Shown here: positions 1-12,967 of the stretch, piece by piece
Layout: each line of letters starts with the position of its first letter
How positions within the stretch are numbered: position 1 is the first letter of the stretch
DNA from: Trichoplax sp. H2
Lineage: Eukaryota
DNA: 64,000 bases
Assembly: GCA_003344405.1 (NCBI GenBank)
Contig: NOWV01000023.1
Span: forward strand, 620,001 to 684,000
Direction: 5' to 3'
Translations under genes and position numbers: made by a program
The notes under the pieces: model-generated
The model's database searches: none
What the model saw: the letters and a program-made list of their open reading frames with translations, nothing else
Told to the model about the DNA's origin: nothing

Positions 1-2990
1 CATTCGTATGCTAAATATAAAGCTGCTGTCAACTATAAGTATATCATTTCTATTGTATACTGTAACTTAATCTGCGCGCTTAGGAAATCCATCCACGTCC
101 TTAGATTCTATCAGTAACAGTGAAATTTTACAGACATTGGCTATTCTAACGAGTGCTTTTACGTTGTATGAATACGTCGCAACTATCTTGAATACTCATC
201 CAAATAGTGGAGTATCCTGAACTTTGCAGGATAACGCAACCGATTTGCAATTATGTTATTTCTACAATTTTGGGGATATTTTTCCAATTTCGATAACATA
301 TTTTCCTTCACATTTCATCGTTCCATGATTAAGGAAGCCACTATGATTTTCGTTACTTGGCTACACCTTTGCGTGATGCTGACGTTAGGATAATACGGAT
401 TAATTTACCAGGATTTGGTCCTACTCCTAAACCATATGATTTTACATATACGCCTGTTAATAAAGCTAACTTTGTTGGCAATTTATTAAACAATATTGGG
501 ATCAATAGAGTTGGCATGGCAGTTGGACATAGTATGGGATGTGCTTGTGTAACCTCTTTAGTTAGTACACATCCAAATTTGGTTGCATCTTATGCTCTAC
601 TAGCTAGTTGTGGAACTAGGCCTCATTTTGGACTAAGACCGTATATGTGTAGGTATCTGATTTGGTGAAATGATCTATCTATTTTCAATCAACCTTATAC
701 TGTAGACACTATATTTGAAATATTGTCTCAATTCTTTTCATGTCATAAAACCAACAACAATTTAGATAATTTAACATATTCATATCAATATTAAATTATT
801 GTAATCTACCTTAGCCCTTAGTCACTTATAGGATATTTATCTACCGTTAATTGATATTTGCACTTATGATTAGGGATTCAAGCTACAGCAAAACTATTGG
901 ATGTACCGCTGCTCGGAAGTTTATCATCTGGTTATATAAATAGAATATACGCAAAATTTGGATTTAACCTAGCTAAAACGGTTAAAGATGAAATAGATAA
1001 TAGCCAGCGAATATGTGCTATTGTGGATTTTAACTTTAATACCAAATGTCTTGAATTAATGGGTGATAAGAAGATTCCCACCTTACTAGGCTTTTCACTT
1101 GATGATAAATTAATTGAGCACGAAATCTTTAATGAAATATCGTTATGTCTGGGCTTACCAACGCTTGATGAAATGGTTGGTCTTGAGGAAGCTCGAAGTA
1201 ATTATAAGCTTATGATCTAAGTTAACTGTCTAATATTTGCGATGGATGAATTATGCGTCCGTAACAAAGGCTGGTTGTATTACTTAGATGATATAAATAG
1301 TATAGCGCGGTGTAAATTTGGAATTATATTAACCTGGTGTCGACAAGGACTATAGCTGTTTTACGTTACTATATTCAAATTGATATACGCGTGCTGTCGA
1401 GCTTGCCCTATACAGTGCAATACAAGAAATTTCATATATTACTATTACTTGAGATAGAGCTAAAATAATATTTGATTAGGTTTACTGTGATAATATGTGT
1501 TATTAAGTACATTCCTGTTCCCGCTCTGATAGCTAATACTTTCGTTTCTAATATTAATCGGTGCTGAGCTTGAGACCTGCAATCGAAAATTATATATAAC
1601 ATATATATTATTATTAGCTTTTTCATCTGCTTACAAAGTGGCCTGTAATATGTACCTACGCAAGACTACCATTATGTAATGAACTATATCATTTCTATTT
1701 CATATTACAGCTGACAAGATGCCTCATGTCACATACGATTGGACAACTGGAATATCTCGTCAACTAGTATTTCATAACAGTGGTCACTACCCTCAAAAAT
1801 TTCATGCAAATCATATTGGAAAAGCAATGTTAGATATTCTGAATAAAATAGACGGCACTAAAGTAAGTATGCAAAGACCTTTAATCAGTGCACATTAGAT
1901 ATAAGTTATGAAAGATGGATAAGTATCTAAAGCCATATATTGCGTGCTTACAAATTTACGGTTGTAAATTGATATTTAGTAATGTAAATGTCGGATAAAA
2001 TTATTGAAATTATAAATAATTTTTTTAATTTATAGCAGCGTGATCAATAAAACCCATAACCTCTCTGAACGTTTCGTACAACTATACGAGCATGTATTGC
2101 AGGAATGGTGAACTAAGCTTAAATACTTTATTAAAGTTTCGGCTTTCAGTTTGCTATTCGGCTCGCAATGAAACGCTAACTGACTGATGAACGTCGAGTT
2201 GCGGACATATTCGTAAATTAAAAGACTTTCCAATTGCTGATTGACATAATATTGACAATACAAATCGGTACGCACCTAAATATCAAATCATATTGTACTC
2301 TATTGACTTAAAATTTTGCTAAATTCCATAGAATTTCTACTAGTTTCGCTAGTTCTAATTTTATTTAAATAATTTAGAAGATCGTTGTTATATAATAATA
2401 AAGTTTAACACGGACTTAAAATCCATAAACACGGTGATATAATATCTCATTAAACGACTAGACACGCTATGTATGATATTCTGGAGAATGTGCGCATACA
2501 CGGGCGTATACTGTGTATGCGTGGAATATAATCTGCAATGATATTTATGTATATGTCAACAAATCTAAATAAACATCTACAGATTATATCAACACTTGCA
2601 TATACGCGTACTTGTAGAATAGAAAAAAAGCTGAAGGTTGAAATAGTATGGAAATATGCTAGAACTACTGGATCTAAACTTGCAGTACTACCTATTAGCG
2701 TTTAATAGCTACCAGCTATACTTTAACTGTAGTATATACGTAACTATCATACTAGTATAGTACCGTAGTAAACAGTCTTTGTGATTTTATTTCCGATCTA
2801 CGAAGTGCAAGTCTAAATGTATTGCTGTGCTCGCATCGATTTAGCTCTAGATTTTCCTTCTTTGAAATAGAAGGAATTAGGTCGTTTGGTTAATTTAGCA
2901 GAGGAGTTCACTATTAAAGAGTTATGACCGTGTTCTGGGCACCAGTAGTAGTTTAGTCAACACCGCACCGACGTTATCCGAAATCATCAA
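1..2990 (+). repeat. Tandem segmental duplication, unit A (homologous to 4934-7907)
   Basis: Colinear similarity covering introns and 3' flank. ATTCGTATGC.AAATATAAAGCTGCT occurs at 2 and 4934; GTTATCCGAAATCATCAA ends at 2990 and 7907, after which similarity stops. Confidence 0.9.
334..1898 (+). CDS. Alpha/beta hydrolase (DUF1057-like), copy 1; first coding exon lies left of the window
   Basis: Exons 334-648, 874-1197 and 1711-1898 join in frame across phase-1 GT-AG introns: GSHYDFRYL...INLPGFG...GHSMG (nucleophile elbow)...DDKLIE...SGHYPQK. Intron positions match copies 2 and 3. An AAA|GTAAGT at ~1863 could indicate an extra 3' exon. Confidence 0.88.
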
Positions 2991-3575
2991 AATCTAAAGA
3001 GATATGTTATTATCTGAATCAAACCAATCTGTCGTCAGCCTTACTCTTAATCTTAGCAAATTTTCCCTTCATAATATTTTCTTATATATTCATAACAGTG
3101 ATTCTGACTATTCATTATGGTATTAATTTAATTTAAATTGAAACCGTCTAGTAATTGACTAATTAGGAGTACGAAGTATAATTTAGCCGTGATTCCATTT
3201 TGGCATAAATAATTAACATAAACATAACACGTAGTTACTGTATAGCTATGATATATAAGCATGTTGCCATGACATTTCTTTAAACGCGGAAAATTTTTAT
3301 TTTAATACTCTTATAAATTAGTCCATCTAACTATTATATTGCATATCCTGTCAATATGATGTAAATTGGTATGCAACTTACATAGGCGTTGTCACTAAGT
3401 TGATTTCACTACTTCTTTCAGACAGTACAGACATAAGGACAGCACTTTTATGCAGTCTATTCTCGGCATTGTAAGCTAAGTTCTACGAAGTTTATAAGCC
3501 TGTATCTAACCTGCCAACTGAGATCTTGGAGGTTTTCGTACATTATTAATTTTATAGTTGCATAAGATTGAACGA

Positions 3576-6500
3576 ATGCCATACTCTTTAACGATGTATT
3601 CTAGAAACTTATCGCGATTTCTGCTAAGATTAAGCAAAAGTTCGAAAATAAGTGATATTCGCAGATACTTACCTGCTATATTACAATCTAATGTAAAACA
3701 TCTCGTTGGATCAGCAGCTACTCACAACCGATCAGCTACTAAAAGTCCAATTTTTGATCTTCCTGCACCTTTCGATCCGGAGGTAAAGTTTGTTAACGTT
3801 GAGACTGACAATTTAAATGTTAGCAGTGTGGATCATATTAGAGCAGGTTACACTGATGAAAATCCGAACGGATCACCCACTGTCATTGCCGTCCATGGAT
3901 GTCCAGGTAGCGTAAAGGTTAATTGGTAAAACTATTACGGTTAACTTTATTGCCTGCTGGGCTCTGGTATATTAATAGTGCAGGCGAAGGAAACAATATA
4001 TAGCTTTGATTAAGAAATTTTGTTAACTGCAGAGCTCTTTATATTGTAAAGTTACACAGCGTATATCACAGTAGTTATTCTAAATTATAATTTTTTAATA
4101 TGCAAAACAGTCTAGATAAATATGTTAAGAAATTTAGTTGCAGTATATTATGATTTCATTCGGTACAGTTTACGTATTCAGACTATATTCCACGTACGCC
4201 TACCTATTCTGCTATTCTTTCTAATATTTAAATTGGAAATCCTATGAACGTAAGGCCTGGTATGGAAACTACAGTGAAATGATACTCGTATATCTCGGTC
4301 ATAATATCAGTAAATAGCAGTACTCGATAGTAGTTGGATCGCTCAGATTGTTGTAGTGCTTGGGTTTTACAACTCCTTACCGTACTTCAATTACTACTAT
4401 AATTAGCTCAAGCTACTACAATTGTCAAAAGATTTTGTAAGCATAGTAGGTCTGATAGTAATTGCTCATTTATATAATCAGCCATTTGATGAAATGTTAG
4501 CATTGTGATATGATCACTACTCTAAGTTGCAGAAAACTACTCACTATATGGACAGTGACGAAGTTTCGGTAGCTAGGGCCTAATTTTAGAGTACTATATA
4601 ATCAAAATGCAAAGTTATAGTGTACTCGGAATTTAGCTTTTGACAAGTGACAACTGATTTCAACTTATTGCCAAATTTCATTAACGGACTATTCCCGTCC
4701 GATCATACGCTACAATAACTTCGCGGTATTTCTAAATAGCCATACTCAAGTGATGCTATTGAAACATTAAGTAGAATGTTAACGAATGCTAGCTAGCGTG
4801 CTATAAATTACATATAGCCTGTAATTATGCCCTAATCATGTAGGGTTATATAGACTTCCGTTTTTATGCTCGTTCTGAATAAAATACCTTATACAGCTTT
4901 CTGTGCAAGATATACACCGTGCTTGTATTAATAATTCGTATGCCAAATATAAAGCTGCTATCCACTATACGTATATCGTTTTACATTGTATGCCTTAGTC
5001 TGTACGCTTACGAAGTCCACCCTCCTCTTTAGGTTCTATTTACGTAATAGCGAAATATTATGGGCGTTAGCTAATCTAATTAGTACTTTTACTGCATTGT
5101 ACAAATACATCGCATCTAAATTTAGCGATGATACAATAAGTACCTAACGATATCGCTGTAGTACAATATTGACTAATAAAAATTATTGACCATTAATATT
5201 CATCCAAACAGTAGAGTATACTAAGTTTACAGGATATGGCAATCGATTATTAATAACCAAATTATTCCTATGTTTTATCTGATAATTTTCCGATTTTAGT
5301 AACATATTTTCCTTTACACTTTGTTGTTCTATGGTTAAGGGAGCCACTTTGATTTTCGTTACTTGGCTACACCTTTGCGCGATGCCAACGTTAGGATAAT
5401 ACGGATTAATTTACCTGGATTTGGTCCTACTCCTAAACCATATGATTTTATATATAACGCAACTAATAAAGCTAACTTTGTTGGCAATTTATTAAACAAG
5501 ATTGGCATAAATAAAGTTGGTATGGCAATTGGACATAGCTTAGGATGTACTTGCGTTACGTCTTTAGTTAGCACTCACCCAAATTTAGTTGCATCTTATG
5601 CTCTACTGGCTAGTTGCGGAACTAGGCCTAATATCGGAATGAGGCCGTATATGTGTAAGTATCTGATTTGGTGAAAAATGATCTATCTATTTTCAATCAA
5701 TCTTATGGATACTATACTTGAAATATTGTTTCAATACTTTATGTGGAATAATACTGATAAAAATTGAAATGACTTAACATAGGCTATCAATCGCGTATAC
5801 ATATACAGTATATATTTAATTATTGTAATCTACTTTAGCTCTTAGCCTATTGTTGGGTATTTATCTATCGTCAATTGATAAAAAGTACTATAATTAGGGA
5901 CTCGAGCTACGGCAAAAGTATTGGATGTACCGCTGCTTGGAAGTTTATCATCTGTTATTGTGAATAGAAGATATGCAAAGTACGGATTTAACGTAGCTAA
6001 AACGGTTAAAGATGAAATAGATAATAGTCATCGACTATGTGCGAATGTAGATTTTAATATGAATACCAAATGTCTTGAATTAATGGGTGATAAGAAGATT
6101 CCAGTATTGCTAGGCTTTTCAATTGATGATAAGTTAATAGAGCACGAAATCTTTAATGAAATATCGTTATGCCTGGGCATGCGAACTCTTGATGAAATGG
6201 ATGGTCTAGAAGAAGCTCAAAGTAATTACAACATTTATGATTCTAGTCAGCTGTATCATATTTGTAACGGATGAACTATACGATTCTATCAAAAGTTGCT
6301 TTTATTACTAGCCTGCTAGATGATACAAACAGTATAGCGCAATGTAGATTTAGAATTATATTAACATGACGTCAACAAGGACCGTGGCTATTTTACGTTA
6401 TCAGATTTACTTAATGCGAGGTATTACTATATCGAATCAATCCTATGTAAAACGTAAAATTTTATACGTTGTTTTAGAAAGAGCTAAAATAATATATGAC

Positions 6501-6913
6501 TTAGTATCATCGTAATAATATGTATCGCTAAGTATGTTCCTTTTTCGTATTGACAGTTACTACTTTTGTTCTTGACATTACTCAGTGCTGAACTTACTAT
6601 CTGCTATCCAAAATTATTTATTTACTTTTTTCATCTACCAGTAAAACCGAACCGCAATATGTATCCGTGTAAGGCTAGCATTATATAATGAACTATATCA
6701 CTTTTATTGCACGTTATAGCTGATAAGATGCCTCATATCAGATACGATTTAACAACTGGAATGTCTCGTCAACTAGTTTTCCAAAAAGGTGGTCACTACA
6801 TTCAAAAATTTCATGCAAATTATATTGGAAAAGCAATGTTAGATATTCTGAATAAACTGGAAGCAGTTAAAGTAAGTATGCAAAGACCTTTTATCATTAT
6901 ATATTACATATAA
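3576..6913 (+). CDS. Alpha/beta hydrolase (DUF1057-like), copy 2
   Basis: Exons 3576-3906, 5340-5654, 5898-6221 and 6720-6913, all phase-1 junctions, one open frame: HGCPG|SHFDFRY, NLPGFG, GHSLG, DDKLIE, GGHYIQK. Start is ATG 3576 or the next Met (MYSRN). Confidence 0.9.
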
Positions 6914-7907
6914 GTTATGAATTCTATGTATTGCGTGCTATATTACTGTTACAATTTTTTATTTAGTAATGTAAATATCGTATAAAATTATTAAAGTTAT
7001 GAACAATTTTTTTAATTTGTAATAGTGTGATCCATAAATATCCACAGCCTCTCTGATCGTTTCGTAATGCAATTATGCGATTGTGTATCGCAGGAATGGC
7101 GAACTAATCTTGAACACTTTTCTTGGAGTATCGGTTTTCGGCTTGCTGATCGATTCGCAATAACACGCCAGCTGACTAATGCACGTTGATTTGCAGTTAT
7201 ATTTGTATATTAAACGCGTCCTAACTGTTGGTTGACATAATATAGACGGCACAAATTGGTATCCGCCTAAATAATAGTTATCTGAATAATTTAAAAAATC
7301 TGTATTTTATATTAAATAATATAAATAGGCTTAACTAGGAATTGAATCCATAAATACGACGATATAATACCTCAATAAGCGATTGGATATATTATGCAAT
7401 TATAGCGACATTCTAGAGAACCTACGCTCACAAGGGTGTATACTGTGCATACGTGGAGTATAATCTGCAATGATATTTATGTATATGTCAACAAATCTAA
7501 ATAAACATCTACAGATTACTATATCAACAAATGTATATGTCAAATATAGAATGCCCGGGTCCTTACATGGACCGTGACATATATACCCGTACTGTACTGT
7601 ACATGTTCAATGAAGATAAGCAGAAGACATGTATCAGTTCTAGCTTGGCTGTAGTGTATACCTAACTATCATACTAGGATAGCACTGTAGGCAGCCTTGG
7701 TGATTTCCTTTCCAATGTACAAAGTGTAACCTTAAATGCATTGATGTACTTCTATCATTTTGGTTAACAGCTTTTCCTTCCTTTGAAATAGCAGCAACCA
7801 GGTTGCTTGGCTAATTTAGCTATTCACAGTTAAAAGAGTTATAACCGTGCTTTGAGCGCCAGTAGTATTTTAGTCAAGATAGTACCGATGTTATCCGAAA
7901 TCATCAA
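4934..7907 (+). repeat. Tandem segmental duplication, unit B (homologous to 1-2990)
   Basis: See unit A; offset ~4.92-4.93 kb. Confidence 0.9.
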
Positions 7908-8374
7908 GGGGAAAGCTGCTAATAGAGAAGTCTTGACCCATTCTGGGTAACTTTGACTATTTGCGGTCTAAATCCTATCGTTCTCTTTGACATGCTGTCG
8001 TAATAACTTGGCACTGCACCTTTTACAGTATTAAATTGTTGTAAAAACATCTTATGCTTTGTTTCATACGGATCCCTATATAAACACACTCACTGCATAT
8101 GAATACCAGTAAGCCACATTATGGTATACAGACGTTTCTATTACAGAGCACCATCAAATCATACAGAATAACTAAGTTGGTAAGCCTTAATTAAACAAGA
8201 GCAATTTCCAAGCCCTCCTAACTTCAGGCATCGCCCACTTCTCAAAGCTAGGTCATGGTAATGCTGGCTTAAAGGGAACCATAATAGTTATCTGACAAGA
8301 ATCTGAGATTTACGCGTTTAGATGCCTTTTTACCAGGTTGGAGTAAGTGTATAGTAGTGACTGGATCGTGTCAA

Positions 8375-11270
8375 ATGCATATTGCAAGGCTTTGGAAGAG
8401 GCTGAGAGTGCCGGCAAGTGTTCGAGATAGTTACTCGCATTTACAACATGGATTGATCAGGAAAGCTAGTCCAATTCATCAATGTGTTCGACACATATCC
8501 ATTGATGCCTGCAGATGGAATCCAGAAGATAGGCGAGGACAAATCGACTTGCCAACTCCAATTGATCCAGAAGTTCAATATGTTAATGTTCAAACTAAGA
8601 ATTTAGGTGTAACAAGTGTGGACTATATTAAAGCTAGCTATACCGATGAAAATCCTACTGGATCAGCTATTGCTATTGCTGTCCACGGTTCACCAGGTAA
8701 ATTGTTCAAATTTGACCTATTTAAAAGGGTTATAGAAGTGAGAAACAATTCCATAAAGTCAATCAGTATTCTTGTTAGTGCTATCTTTCTATTCCAAATT
8801 ATTGGTCATGAACAGATGATAAAATGAAGTGAATTGAGCATGAGAAATCTCCCTCGATATGTAAAGCACTTTACTACGACATTGAAAGTTTCTGGATAGG
8901 TTTGCATCCAGAATACTGTCAAAGTAGTCCAACCTAATGACAAAGGCTATTCCACCACGGTAGTATGATGAAATGATGACGACATAGATTGAAAGAATCT
9001 ACTCTGTTTGCATTATCTGAATTCTTTACAGTTCAATATCATGAAAGACCAGCGTTCTGCTTCTATAATATTAGTTGAGGATACACGGTAATTGACTTAT
9101 TGTAAAGTCCTCTTAGGTACGGTAACTAACTAAAATCCATTCATTGCACTTACTGCATCTTCAGTTCTTAAAATATTTCTCATGGTAATATGAGAATATT
9201 TTAGAGCATGTTTCATAATGAATTGTATACAGTTCTGGAAATATTATGAAAGAATAGAAGTGAGCTTACTAATTTGGATTAGTTATAGTTAGTGCTTTGC
9301 CCCAAGTACACATTAAATACTAATGTCTTTCAGGGAGTATTTTGCAATGCCCACTAGCGGAATGCTGCAGCTAAAATGACTGTCGATATCGCTGAAATAA
9401 AAGAATGTTGAACGCTTACTGTATTTTGGCCTAGAAAGATCTACGTTGAGGCTGCAGCGAACGGATCAGTTGAAATCCCTTGTTCATGTGGAATCATTTT
9501 CTACCGTAGATTCGTTTTAAGTCTCATGTCGGGGTAATGAAATAGCGTCGGAATTGTCCGAGTAGCTTCGACAATTGAATAGCTAATGTCGGTCTAACCT
9601 GGGAGAATTGACGGATAATACCGATACTACCCTGAATAATTCCGAAATTTCCAATGCTATTCACTAAACGATATTAACCAGAACTATTGCTATGCTACCT
9701 TTCTACTGTATATGGCTAGCAAATATCCCCAAGGCAACCTTAATACTGTAGTAATAGTCATGTCATACTGATTTCGACCAAGTTCCAGCTTAGTATATTG
9801 TCTTGATGTAACTAGAATTCCCACGTTGTGCTTAAACTGCTTAGTCTTCTAAAGATTAAAGAATTAATTTCTATGGTCTGTTTGTTAAACTAACGACTTT
9901 TAAATACGGCGATAATCTCTGATTGTCTAATATCTATCTATCAAGGAAGCCATTATGATTTTCGTTATATGGCGCCTCTCTTATCAGAGGCTGGTGTTAG
10001 AGTGATCCGAATTAATTTACCAGGTTTTGGACCCACTATCAAACCTCCTGATTTCATATATTCGCCAGTGAATAAAGCAAATTTCATGGCCGAGCTTTTA
10101 GAAAGCATTGGAATTAAAAAGGTTGATATAGCTATAGGACATAGCATGGGTTGTGGTGCTATTACCTCATTTCCCTCTACGCATCCCGGATTCGTTTCAT
10201 CGTATGCTCTCTTAGCCAGCTGTGGTACCAGGCCACATCGATCTTTACGTCCTTTTCCAAGTAAGGAAAGCGTATTCGATTCAGTACCCCCAGCATAAAT
10301 GTAGTTCAGTAGATTGCGCTTGTATGGATTCTCGAAAGTAGTTACGGTACCTAGTTTTGAAATTACCTTAGCAAAATTTAAGACACTATAGTAAGAAATT
10401 AATCGCATATTAATCAACCCCACTTTTAACCGTATATTTGTATATTCCCTCTGCTTTCCTCATCTTATAGTAATAAAACTGTTTGCGAATATGGTAAACT
10501 TACCGGTGATTGATAAACCGTCTGGTGCTTTATTAAGATTAGTGTATAGTAAGTTTTTAGGTTTCAAATTGGACAAATTAGTTAAAAATGAGATCGAAAA
10601 TAGCCAACGACTATGTGGGGCAATGGATTTTGACTTTAACGCCAAAAATCTAAAATTACTTGGTGATCAGAAAACACCGGTCATCTTAGGATTTGGGCTT
10701 AATGATCATATGGTAGAACATGCAATTTTTGACGAAATGTCTTCCGTTCTTGGTTTAAGAACACTTTCCGAGATGTTGGCTCTTACTAACGACCAAGGTA
10801 GTCTCTTATTGCATTAACTAAACGAATTTAATTATTGTAAATATGTAATATGCTAACATAGAACGTGACGAACTAGATAAATTATGACATAATTAGATAG
10901 TCTGCTTATAAATTTCCATTATCATTCGTTAATATTTGTGGTGATAGTTTTTATTTACCGATAGCTGTACAAAACATTTGACTATGGTTTATTAGGAGTA
11001 GCCAGCGTACTTTTTCTCGTATATGCTTTTGCTCCTGACGTGCAATTACATATGCAACATTATATCAACTATTACTTATTCAATGGAATTGCTACCTGAA
11101 GTAACTTTCTATGACATGGTTTTGTAGGTAATGAGAACCCGCATTTGGCGTACGATGTAGCAACTGGCAAGTCTCGACAGTTGGTATTTCGTAGCAGTGG
11201 TCACTATATTCAAAAATTTCATGCACGTCATATCGCAAAAGCAATCTTACATCTTCTGCATGATTTGTAA
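8375..11270 (+). CDS. Alpha/beta hydrolase (DUF1057-like), copy 3 (more divergent paralog)
   Basis: Exons 8375-8696, 9946-10260, 10471-10797 and 11128-11270 with the same intron positions and phases; motifs HGSPG|SHYDFRY, NLPGFG, GHSMG, NDHMVE, SGHYIQK; stop TAA at 11268-11270. Confidence 0.9.
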
Positions 11271-12414
11271 CTTATTTTTATATTTATTAGGAAGTTTTAA
11301 TTATAGCTATTTACATAGACATTAATTGCGAAGAATCTTTAAATCTGAATTGATAGCTTTGATATAACGTGAAGATGATAGCCGATGCTAACACAATACT
11401 GAAATAACACTAACATTCGGTCCTCAGCTACAACTACCGTTAGATCTATGTATTGAAGAAATTCAACATTTTATTGCTTTTGTACTCGTCAATTTTAATT
11501 AAATAGCTTCAAAATCGATTTTATATGCAGCAAGTTGCAAAATGTAACGTCAAACCTAGAGATTTGGCCATCAGTTTGTAGAACATTATTGATCTGGAGA
11601 AATGTTTTCATTGATTCTTGGGTATTAATATTCTGCTATCGTAAAACATATATGAAATACAGACAGTATCAACTGCCACGATGATTTATTGCTTTAGAGT
11701 AAATATTTTGATTATAATCCTTTGATAGAAAATCAGCATCTATTTTATTATATTATTTGCTTATATATCTCCAAAGTAATTGAGTAAACACAACGGTGGA
11801 TCTACGGAATAAAACCAGTGTATAACATCAAGGTGTCTTAGCTGCTTTATTATATAGAAGTGGAACCCTACAAACAAATATCTTTCATAATAACAAGATA
11901 CTATGTTAATAGTAAATCAGCTTCTAGGTCATTGCTCGTGAGAATTTCAGTTAACTAGTCTTAAGTGTCAATTTCAACGATAGCTCATTCAATCTCATGA
12001 TATTATTATGCACTACCAGAGTATTGGATTTTAGAACTAATCGAAAATAGCTAAAAGTAGTTGTGCCATGTAAATACGGAGTTGAAACTAAAAATTAGCA
12101 TTAAACTTCAGATTGTAGGCAACAAGTTAATATTGATGTACCTACTATATAATCGTACTCGAGTTTAATACGGTACGGTATCGTATAGGTGATGGTTGCT
12201 TTTTCCTAAATAAGGTAGTATTTGTAAATTTTTTTCACAGGGTACAATTATCCGAAACATATATCCCATGGTGATACAGTGAGCTTACCCTAGATCAAGT
12301 ATTTCTGTCTTAAATTAAATCGTTTCGCTCGACTAGGTACTTTACTTTCATTAGTACTAGTCCAAACTCCCATCGCTTTGCTGACGGTTTACGATAATGT
12401 ACCCATTTGTTAAT

Positions 12415-12967
12415 AATTAACAGATAGTATTACCATTCGACATTATATATATCCTGGTAATAGCCGGGTACTACTATATTTAAAACAGATTGATTTAATG
12501 TACGTTCTGATCGTGCATTTCCACGTTGTTCACTTCGCTTTCGCCTATCAGATCGCTGACTAACTAACATTATCCTCTTAGAAACACTTTTGTTATATGA
12601 TATATAGCAATCAAAAATAACTGGGACTGGGGAATTACAGTAGGCTAACACTACGAAATGCATGAGAGCAATAGAACTAATAGTACCTACTGATGTGTAT
12701 CAATCACTTTTACCCTCTCAATAATATTTACATAAACCCTAGAGATCATTCTTTTCTATACCAATTTAAATTTCCTTAAGTAAATGTATTAGTATGTTTA
12801 CCGAATAAGGATGGTTACTATAAGCAGTATTAACGCTATGTTAAGGTTGGTAAGCGAAACTGTCAAATATACGTTTATGCTCAATTTTTAAATAAAATTA
12901 ACAGGTAGTATTATCATTCGATATTATATATATCCCGGTAATAGTAATGTACTATGCTATATTAAAA
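12415..12967 (+). repeat. Pair of ~70-bp imperfect direct repeats (12415-12486 and 12895-12967)
   Basis: AACAGATAGTATTACCATTCGACATTATATATATCCTGGTAATAG...CTATATTAAAAC versus AACAGGTAGTATTATCATTCGATATTATATATCCCGGTAATAG...CTATATTAAAAC, ~480 bp apart. Confidence 0.8.

Noticed and set aside
3263..3275. GTTGCCATGACAT, X-box-like, upstream of hydrolase copy 2
   Set aside because: Second half-site is incomplete; too weak to call without conservation data.
3666..3676. ATACTTACCTG, identical to the U1 snRNA 5' end
   Set aside because: Lies inside a hydrolase coding exon, with no U1 stem-loops or Sm site following.
12505..12560. Minus-strand CTGATAGGCGAAAGCGAAG resembling a hammerhead ribozyme core
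   Set aside because: Lacks CUGANGA and GAAA in the correct register, and stems I and III cannot be formed.
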